DNA of 64,000 bases. Source: Candidatus Saccharimonadales bacterium. Lineage in GTDB: Bacteria; Patescibacteriota; Saccharimonadia; Saccharimonadales; Saccharimonadaceae. This document shows positions 57,997 to 64,000 of this stretch, in pieces. Location: NCBI GenBank assembly GCA_039916485.1, contig JBDSLH010000007.1, positions 1,832 through 65,831 of the forward strand, read 5' to 3'. The notes under the pieces are model-generated. The model made no database searches and was not told the DNA's origin. It worked only from the letters and a program-made list of their open reading frames with translations. Numbering within the stretch: the first letter of the stretch is position 1; each line of letters starts with the position of its first letter. A program made the translations under genes and the position numbers.

Positions 57997-58271
57997 TGAA
58001 ACGGGTTTCTTCTGGATACAGTGCAGTTGAAGGGCTCATCATCGTTACCTTTATAGTTCTCGTAGGGCTAGTAGGGTACAATCTCTATTCTATGAATCAA
58101 GCACACACAAATAGTGCAGCTGAACAACAGGCTACTGCAAATCAGGTCCCTCCAGCTCCCGAAATTAGTACTGAATCAGACCTTGATACAGCTACAGAGA
58201 CACTTGATGCCGTCGATGTAGATCAAAACCAAAGTGATCTAGAGCAGCTGGATCGAGAAACTGCTTTCTAA
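57996..58271 (+). CDS. Small type IV pilin-like (prepilin-type N-terminus) protein
   Basis: MKRVSSG/YSAVEGLIIVTFIVLVGLVG: a Gly followed by a hydrophobic helix with Glu at +5. Confidence 0.5.
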   Translation: MKRVSSGYSAVEGLIIVTFIVLVGLVGYNLYSMNQAHTNSAAEQQATANQVPPAPEISTESDLDTATETLDAVDVDQNQSDLEQLDRETAF

Positions 58272-58291
58272 CACTCCTCAATTTCCTACCA

Positions 58292-58329
58292 ACGAAATAC
58301 ATCCGCATGAGCGGATGTATTTCGTTTTG
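58292..58329. terminator. Bidirectional intrinsic terminator (15-bp stem ACGAAATACATCCGC/GCGGATGTATTTCGT)
   Basis: Perfect hairpin with loop ATGA and flanking T/A runs, between convergent genes. Confidence 0.65.
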
Positions 58330-58451
58330 CGAGCCGTAGCTAAACTAGGCTATGAAACGAAGTTGTAGCTGAAACAATAGATACGCATCAATGATAGCGA
58401 GCATTTTGGTTATATCTTGATTTTACTGCTAGCTAAATAGGTCATAAATGG

Positions 58452-58949
58452 CTATTTTTTGGACTTTTTCTTAGTCGGAGAACCAACGTGACTAAATCGT
58501 CTGTATCCTAGGAACAATATTGTTGCTACTGCGACCGTTGCCACTACGAACAAAAATTTGCTATCTTCGGCGGCAAACCCACGGATCAGAGAATGGAGAA
58601 GAGTAAACAAACCACCAAGTAATATTCCATCGGAGAGGAATCCTATCTGGCGAGAAAAGGTAAGACCAATAGCAATAACAACTACAGCCAGTCCGACAAG
58701 AACCATAGACACATTTCGTTCATAGGTTTGACGAGATTTGCTATAATCGCTCATTGCGACTTCATATTGCTTCTGTGCCTTCTGTTCCTCTGGCGTTGGT
58801 GCTTCTGCTTTATACATAGCTTGAGATGTAGGATATTCAGGACTCTTGGGTGGTTCGTAAAATGCCTGTACGCCGACACCCACAAAGAGTGTGATAGCTA
58901 CTCCTAAGATTAATGTATATATGAGTTTGAAAAGTGTGTTGTGTTCCAT
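58452..58949 (-). CDS. Membrane protein (4 TM) with Lys-rich C-terminus
   Basis: Hydrophobicity pattern. Start placed at MEHNTLFKLIY (the ORF-track start is 59027). Confidence 0.5.
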   Translation of the reverse strand: MEHNTLFKLIYTLILGVAITLFVGVGVQAFYEPPKSPEYPTSQAMYKAEAPTPEEQKAQKQYEVAMSDYSKSRQTYERNVSMVLVGLAVVVIAIGLTFSRQIGFLSDGILLGGLFTLLHSLIRGFAAEDSKFLFVVATVAVATILFLGYRRFSHVGSPTKKKSKK

Positions 58950-59055
58950 GTTTTGAATTATACGCTGTTTGTTTATTAAACCAAGGCTTTGGACCTTACA
59001 GGTTTCTAACACCCGTCCATATGACACGTATTCCCCTACAGGCTATACTAGTTAC

Positions 59056-59592
59056 ATGAATAAGAATGCAATTATCTTTCATGGCACAGGAGGCAACCCG
59101 GATGTTTGCTGGTACAAGTGGCTAGGAACTCGGCTTGAGCTGCGTGATTATACTGTCTCAATACCTCACTATCCAACCTTGAACAAAGAACCTATAGAAA
59201 CCTTTTTACCAAAGCTTCTCAATAACCACAGTTTTGATCAGAACACTGTATTAGTAGGACATTCAGGTGGCGCAGCTTTATTGTTGAGTATACTGGAGCA
59301 TATTGAGGTTAAAGTTGAACAGGCTATTCTCGTAGCAGGCTACGCTACAAGCCCAGATAATCACTATGAGCCAGTGCTACAAGACACGTTCAATTGGGAC
59401 CTCATCAAGACACACGTCAACGATCTATATTTTATCAACTCAGTTACGGACCCGTATGGCTGTGATGCCACTCAAGGGCGTGTCATGTTTGATCATCTCG
59501 GAGGTACGCAAATTATATGCAATGAAGGCCACTTCGGTGACCATGACCAGCTGTATCCCACTATGGAGCTTGTTGACAGACTTATAACGTAA
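59056..59592 (+). CDS. Alpha/beta serine hydrolase, YdeN/RBBP9-like
   Basis: IIFHGTGGNP, nucleophile elbow LVGHSGGA, ~180 aa. Start placed at MNKNAIIF. Confidence 0.7.
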   Translation: MNKNAIIFHGTGGNPDVCWYKWLGTRLELRDYTVSIPHYPTLNKEPIETFLPKLLNNHSFDQNTVLVGHSGGAALLLSILEHIEVKVEQAILVAGYATSPDNHYEPVLQDTFNWDLIKTHVNDLYFINSVTDPYGCDATQGRVMFDHLGGTQIICNEGHFGDHDQLYPTMELVDRLIT

Positions 59593-59615
59593 AAATACTC
59601 TTTAAAATAATATGG

Positions 59616-59900
59616 CTATTTATTCTTGATACCATTAAGCTTTAACTGGTTACTTGGATCGCTGTGTGTACCACCACTATTTACATGCGTATCACCAATG
59701 GTTGAACCGTTTTTTATAACGTGTACTAATGCCATCGCGTGGCCACGACCAAGATCAAAATCGTCTTTTAACCATTGGATAATTTCGCTAGTCTTGATAC
59801 CAGAGGCGTCCAAGCCCTTAGATTTTGCAAGGTCAATAAATTCCTGAGGTGTTTTGCCTGTCTTCAGTTCGATATTATCTAGATATGCTTGAAATGACAT
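59616..59900 (-). CDS. DUF4287-domain protein
   Basis: MSFQAYLDNIELKTGKTPQEFIDLAKSKGL is the characteristic N-terminus of this family. Confidence 0.7.
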   Translation of the reverse strand: MSFQAYLDNIELKTGKTPQEFIDLAKSKGLDASGIKTSEIIQWLKDDFDLGRGHAMALVHVIKNGSTIGDTHVNSGGTHSDPSNQLKLNGIKNK

Positions 59901-59959
59901 GCTTATATATTATCAAATAATTCTACTTTAGAAATTTGCATATTCATGATAACCAATAC

Positions 59960-60229
59960 TTACTGTCCGAAACGTTGTAGCGAACGGGCACGAGCTTTGG
60001 TGTTCTCGATGTCCCGATTGCGAGGAGCCGCTTGGGTTACAAGTTCTTCCAGTAGATGATGAGTCGCATGGGCAACTTCGTGTATAGCATGGTTAAAAGC
60101 GGCTTCGTTAGCAACTGATGATTTTTGGAAGCCAGAGATCTTCCTAACATATTGCAACGCGGCAGCATTGACTTCATCACTTGTGGCATGTGGCTCAAAG
60201 TTGTAGAGTTTCTTAATGTTTCTGCACAT
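59960..60229 (-). CDS. DUF2277-domain protein
   Basis: MCRNIKKLYNFEPHATSDEVNAAALQYVRKISGF is the characteristic N-terminus. The ORF-track start is 60274. Confidence 0.7.
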   Translation of the reverse strand: MCRNIKKLYNFEPHATSDEVNAAALQYVRKISGFQKSSVANEAAFNHAIHEVAHATHHLLEELVTQAAPRNRDIENTKARARSLQRFGQ

Positions 60230-60332
60230 GGCTCTATTGTAGCAAATTACAGAGGCTCTAATGTCATGGATCAAGTTAACAACGAAACCAAATTAAGGGT
60301 CGAAGCTTCAGTTTGGAGAGGCGTCGTATACG

Positions 60333-61106
60333 CTATCGCAACTCAAATAAGCCTGAATTTTGCTCGGTCCATCTAGCACGTTTTTCAACTTCTTCTAAAT
60401 CACCTTCTGCAACCCAATCCACTTGTGGATGTATTCCTCTGCTCGCTAATGAGGCTTCATACTCACCTACCTCTCGCTGCATTGCAGCAACTTTCTCAGC
60501 CACATCTGTTATGGTCGGAGTTCCATAGGCACTAAGGAATATCTCAATGCGTCGTTTCCTATCGGGAATAGACTTGAAATGATGCCCCTTGAGCGTGGTC
60601 TCATCGTCTCGAAATGGTGCCGAGTACTCAAGCGCATAGAGTATATCGTATTCTGGAGTATTCGGATGAGCTAAGTCCCAATCTACGATACCGACAGGCT
60701 TACCGTCTTTCCAAACTATGTTCCAAGGCCCAAAGTCACCATGACAGATTGTTTGACCTAATTTTAGACCCTTTTGGCTGTTAGCCCATTCGAGTTCCGA
60801 AGAAGGCTTATACCCCGCAACCGCGTCGTGATAGTTCCGCAGTAACTTAGCGTAGCTACGAAGACCTTCATCACTAATAATATTCTTCCATCCTTCTTTA
60901 CCTGATTCACCTTCAATATGATCCAGTACTTCCCTACCATGGTCATCGATCCCATGATGCTTTGGCGAATAAGGAAAATTAACCGATTCTAAATAGTTCA
61001 ACAAGTCGTATATCGCTGGTTGCCAAAACTCAACAGGTCGATGAACTTTATCTCCTATTCGCACAATTGGATGAGACTCATTGCCTGTTAGTACTTCTTC
61101 TTGCAT
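60333..61106 (-). CDS. Aminoglycoside-phosphotransferase-like (APH/choline-kinase fold) kinase
   Basis: Catalytic loop ICHGDFGPWNIVW and metal-binding IVDWDLAH. Confidence 0.8.
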   Translation of the reverse strand: MQEEVLTGNESHPIVRIGDKVHRPVEFWQPAIYDLLNYLESVNFPYSPKHHGIDDHGREVLDHIEGESGKEGWKNIISDEGLRSYAKLLRNYHDAVAGYKPSSELEWANSQKGLKLGQTICHGDFGPWNIVWKDGKPVGIVDWDLAHPNTPEYDILYALEYSAPFRDDETTLKGHHFKSIPDRKRRIEIFLSAYGTPTITDVAEKVAAMQREVGEYEASLASRGIHPQVDWVAEGDLEEVEKRARWTEQNSGLFELR

Positions 61107-61164
61107 ATCATAACTATAGCAAACAACAGAGATATAACATCTCTGTTGTAGGTTTGTCAGTAAT

Positions 61165-61184
61165 GGAGGCCAGCTGGGACTTGG
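61165..61184 (-). repeat. Degenerate copy of the tRNA-Lys 3' end (T-arm 3' strand + acceptor + CCA)
   Basis: Plus-strand TGGAGGCCAGCTGGGACTTG versus TGGAGGGCCAGCTGGGACTTG at 61363-61383 (one 1-nt deletion). Confidence 0.7.
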
Positions 61185-61324
61185 TCACGTTCCGCGACCC
61201 CACAACTTCACGACAGCAATCATAGCTTGCTTCGGAAGGTTGTCTTGTGATCCGCCGACTGGCGGATCTCACCCAGGTACACCCTGCGGGTGTCTTGGAT
61301 CAAGTCGAGCAAAACGTTCCAAAG

Positions 61325-61361
61325 AAAATACCGACTGGTAGCGAAAAGGTCGGTATTTTCT
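61325..61361 (-). terminator. Intrinsic terminator directly after tRNA-Lys (12-bp stem GAAAATACCGAC/GTCGGTATTTTC)
   Basis: Perfect hairpin with a U-rich 3' arm/tail on the minus strand. Confidence 0.6.
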
Positions 61362-61362
61362 T

Positions 61363-61439
61363 TGGAGGGCCAGCTGGGACTTGAACCCAGGACACCCTGC
61401 TTAAGAGGCAGGTGCTCTAACCAGCTGAGCTACTGGCCC
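61363..61439 (-). tRNA. tRNA-Lys (anticodon CUU), CCA encoded
   Basis: The reverse complement GGGCCAGTAGCTCAGCTGGTTAGAGCACCTGCCTCTTAAGCAGGGTGTCCTGGGTTCAAGTCCCAGCTGGCCCTCCA gives a canonical cloverleaf with anticodon loop CTCTTAA. Confidence 0.93.
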
Positions 61440-61547
61440 ATAGTTATGTGTAAAATGTACAGACTCATTATAACGAGGTTTGGTACGAGTAATGCGGTTT
61501 GAGCACTGGTGCTTTATATCTTTACTCGACGACAAGCATCTCGGACA

Positions 61548-61567
61548 GTCAGCTGAGCTACTGACCC
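61548..61567 (-). repeat. Degenerate copy of the tRNA-Lys 5' end (acceptor + D-arm 5' part)
   Basis: Minus-strand GGGTCAGTAGCTCAGCTGAC versus GGGCCAGTAGCTCAGCTGGT of the intact gene (17/20). Confidence 0.6.
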
Positions 61568-61661
61568 ATTAGGTACAGTCAGTTATTTTACTAGATTACC
61601 CCTGTTTTGGCAACAAATAAGGCGACCTCGCGATCGCCTTATTGCCTCATAACACGAGATA

Positions 61662-61931
61662 CTACTGAGTCGTATCAGGAGTTGGTTCTTCTGTTGTAGG
61701 TGTTTGCTCTTGAGTTTGAGTCTGTGTATCAGTCTCATTTGTTGCAGGCGTCTGTGTATCCTCTGCAGGGGCTGTTATGTTGACATCAGTCGTTTCATTT
61801 GTAGTATCCGTTGTATTCATACCAGCAAAATATTGCCACGCCAAATATCCGAGAAGCAGCAGTACAACGATGGTTACTACCGCGACTATAGGGTTAGAAG
61901 TACGTTCTTTTTCAACTATTACATCTGCCAT
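61662..61931 (-). CDS. Small membrane-anchored protein with Thr/Glu/Gln-rich tail
   Basis: One TM helix (IVAVVTIVVLLLLGYLAWQYF) and a low-complexity tail, followed by a hairpin at ~61617-61650. Confidence 0.45.
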   Translation of the reverse strand: MADVIVEKERTSNPIVAVVTIVVLLLLGYLAWQYFAGMNTTDTTNETTDVNITAPAEDTQTPATNETDTQTQTQEQTPTTEEPTPDTTQ

Positions 61932-62008
61932 GATTAAACTCCCTTATTTGATAGACGCAGTATAAACGTCAATACAAACCTAAAACTGTAATCTACTTCA
62001 CAAACTGT

Positions 62009-62431
62009 TTATGTAAGCTTTAATTTAAGCGCTTTGTTTTCGCTCCGGAGATCATGAAGTTCTGTCACATCACGACTCATAACTAAAATCCATTCAATAT
62101 CGTTGTGACTATTTTTAAGCGGAACGATAGTTACTTGCCACCATTTCATATTTCCTCTCATGGTAGGAGACTCTCCCTCGAAATAACCGAGTTTGCCGGT
62201 TTTAGCATCGTTGAATGCTCGCTGCGCTTTAATGCCTTGCTCGCCCTTCCAAAACGTCAGCCAATCAGCACCGATAGCCATTGACGGGTCATCTATTTCC
62301 ATGATTTCATACCCTGCTGGATTGAAAGAAAGTATCATCGCATCTGTGTCCAGTACCTTAACGCAGTCTGTTGTAGATTCGTTAAAACAACTGATTAGAT
62401 TATCCGCAGGAAGAGCTGATGCAGTGCTCAT
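62009..62431 (-). CDS. Stand-alone PAS-domain protein (paralog 2 of a tandem pair)
   Basis: VLDTDAMILSFNPAGYEIM ... WWQVTIVPLKNSHNDIEWILVMSRDVTELHDLR. PAS core plus a short coiled tail. Confidence 0.65.
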   Translation of the reverse strand: MSTASALPADNLISCFNESTTDCVKVLDTDAMILSFNPAGYEIMEIDDPSMAIGADWLTFWKGEQGIKAQRAFNDAKTGKLGYFEGESPTMRGNMKWWQVTIVPLKNSHNDIEWILVMSRDVTELHDLRSENKALKLKLT

Positions 62432-62432
62432 G

Positions 62433-62861
62433 TTACGACTTCACTGCATCTTTTTTAAGTTTTTTATTCTCTTTTCGTAGTTCATGTAGCTCACTGACGT
62501 CCCGGCTAATCACTAAAATCCATTCAATATCATTCTGGCTGTTCTTAAGTGGAACAAGCGTTACTTGCCACCATTTTAGGGTCCCTTTTTTGGTTGGTCG
62601 TTGTGCTTCAAAATACCCAGATTTTCCACTACCAGCCTCTTTTATTGCAGATTTTGCGAGCTCTTCTGTATCGCCCATCCATAGTGACAACCAGCTCTTA
62701 CCGATCACGTCAGTTGGACTATCAAGCTCCATAAGATCGTATCCCGCAGGATTAAACGACAGTACCGTTCCATCAACATCAAGCACCTTAATAGAATCTG
62801 TTGCAGAATCATGAAATGAACTAATTAGATGATCAGCAGGAAGCGGTGCAGATAGACTCAT
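62433..62861 (-). CDS. Stand-alone PAS-domain protein (paralog 1 of a tandem pair)
   Basis: Collinear with the neighbouring gene along its whole length (LPADxLISxF..S.TD.IKVLD.D...LSFNPAGY..ME.D.P...G..WL..W.G.....A..A...A..GK.GYFE...PT.+G..KWWQVT.VPLKNS.NDIEWILV.SRDV.ELH.LR.ENK.LK). Confidence 0.65.
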   Translation of the reverse strand: MSLSAPLPADHLISSFHDSATDSIKVLDVDGTVLSFNPAGYDLMELDSPTDVIGKSWLSLWMGDTEELAKSAIKEAGSGKSGYFEAQRPTKKGTLKWWQVTLVPLKNSQNDIEWILVISRDVSELHELRKENKKLKKDAVKS

Positions 62862-62990
62862 ATAGTAATATTTTACAGTATCAAAACAGTATTAGCCACT
62901 TTCAGATAGCATATGAACTGAGGTCATAACGATACCAAACAAGATATTGTCAATCAAAAAAGCTCCATATAGAAGCTTTCATTAACATAT

Positions 62991-63067
62991 TGGTACACTC
63001 GGTAGGATTCGAACCTACGACCCTCTGTTCCGAAGACAGATGCTCTAATCCACTGAGCTACGAGTGC
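62991..63067 (-). tRNA. tRNA-Arg (anticodon UCG), CCA encoded
   Basis: The reverse complement GCACTCGTAGCTCAGTGGATTAGAGCATCTGTCTTCGGAACAGAGGGTCGTAGGTTCGAATCCTACCGAGTGTACCA gives anticodon loop CTTCGGA. Small hairpin + T6 terminator at ~62952-62980. Confidence 0.93.
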
Positions 63068-63141
63068 ATAGGCATGTATTATAACAGATACAGATATCCG
63101 TGTATAATGCTAGCAACACTATATGACAATAAGGATACGCT

Positions 63142-63666
63142 ATGACGTTACCTGCAAAAACACATCAGACACAACCAGCCACCAAAAAACTTTCTAGTGA
63201 CCTCAATCAATCACAAGATCAGAGAAGTTATTTAGCTATGATGTTACTTGCAGTTTTTGCAATGCCGACAGGCCTTGCCAGAGCGTATCGTGGTGAGCAA
63301 CAAGGCTGGACTCGATTTTGGGTGTATATCGGTGCAACAGTCATATCTGTCATCCCACTCATTGGCCAACTTATCGGAGGCCTAACATTAGTTGTCCTGC
63401 TCATTATTGGTCTTGTTGACGTGTTCACACTACGGCACACCACGACCGATGCCTTCAATAAGCCACTTCATACGACCACTACAGATAAAAAATGGGCACA
63501 TGGTTTCTTCATGTATGTTGTCGTACTACTAGTACTAGGAGCTATAGTATTACTACTAGCAATTGTCTTTGGAGCGATTATTTATGAGAATTTTGATCAA
63601 TTACGCTACATGAATATGGATACACCTGCACCCCTAGAACAACCGTTTGAACCAAGCAGTTTCTAA
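63142..63666 (+). CDS. Membrane protein, TM2-domain-like
   Basis: Hydrophobic helices around GLARAYRGEQQGWTRFWVYIG, resembling the TM2 G.HRFY.G motif. Weak assignment. Confidence 0.5.
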   Translation: MTLPAKTHQTQPATKKLSSDLNQSQDQRSYLAMMLLAVFAMPTGLARAYRGEQQGWTRFWVYIGATVISVIPLIGQLIGGLTLVVLLIIGLVDVFTLRHTTTDAFNKPLHTTTTDKKWAHGFFMYVVVLLVLGAIVLLLAIVFGAIIYENFDQLRYMNMDTPAPLEQPFEPSSF

Positions 63667-64000
63667 TGATCCGGAGATTTTCTCAGAAAAATCTAGCAAA
63701 CTTCACGTCCCTAAAAGTAGGCGGATCAACAGATACCCTACTCGTACCAGAATCCTATATCGATACTGTCGAGATACTCCAGTCTCATTCAGAATCACTA
63801 TGGTTTTTGGGATATGGCTCCAACGTTCTCATCAGTGATCATGGTCTCCCGGGCACGACAGTCCTGTGGAGGAACGGGACGATTAGTAAGCAAGACACTA
63901 CTCTCGTTGTCGATGCAGGCGTGTGGTGGGATGATCTCGTGCAGTACAGTATCTCGCAAAAATTATGGGGCCTCGAACTCATGAGTGAGATCCCGAGTAG
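63666..64000 (+). CDS. murB: UDP-N-acetylenolpyruvoylglucosamine reductase, 5' partial (runs off the window end; absent from the ORF track)
   Basis: My own translation from the ATG at 63666 (TAATG overlap with the previous stop): MIRRFSQKNLANFTSLKVGGSTDTLLVPES...LGYGSNVLISDHGLPGTTV...WGLELMSEIPS. This is the typical MurB FAD-binding N-domain. Confidence 0.85.
   Translation, partial: MIRRFSQKNLANFTSLKVGGSTDTLLVPESYIDTVEILQSHSESLWFLGYGSNVLISDHGLPGTTVLWRNGTISKQDTTLVVDAGVWWDDLVQYSISQKLWGLELMSEIPS

Noticed and set aside
61290-61502. 70-aa plus-strand ORF
   Set aside because: It is antisense across the tRNA-Lys gene and its terminator. This is an ORF-caller artefact.

Overview
The window is a compact, low-GC, gene-dense bacterial chromosome segment. 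About 70 genes sit mostly on the minus strand, many with 1-4 nt start/stop overlaps, and the standard genetic code applies. The content fits a reduced-genome, Gram-positive-type or CPR/Saccharibacteria-like organism, but that placement is inference from gene content and style only. Most of the window is housekeeping: uvrA, sbcB, obg, alaS, metG, mnmA, a cysteine desulfurase, rsmA, pcrA, tpiA-pgk-pyk, folD, an ftsA-ruvX-mltG operon, rplY, three tRNAs and a partial murB at the 3' edge. I found no rRNA, CRISPR array, transposase or integrase.

These stand out most against that background:
- Two sharply GC-rich islands. One is a ~0.4 kb non-coding, hairpin-dense block between two terminator-like hairpins (9.8-10.3 kb). 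The other is a ~0.67 kb block carrying one ORF, wedged between a umuD-like/umuC cassette and tRNA-Glu (43.05-43.73 kb).
- A UmuD homologue that has lost both catalytic residues, translationally coupled to a UmuC-type polymerase.
- A four-gene cluster of secreted proteins with non-canonical LPXTG-like sorting signals. Two of them share a Cys/His-rich 'CH...GH..H..DIIPPF' module.
- A tight operon encoding a HAD-helical-PRTase fusion, a double-SIS protein and a uridine-kinase-like kinase.
- A two-component system split across divergent lipid-related genes.
- A long promoter-bearing leader upstream of a LysM/CHAP hydrolase whose signal anchor lies upstream of any canonical start codon.
- A tRNA-Lys gene flanked by fragments of itself plus a GC-rich hairpin block.

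All functional calls come from motif recognition by eye. No database search was run.
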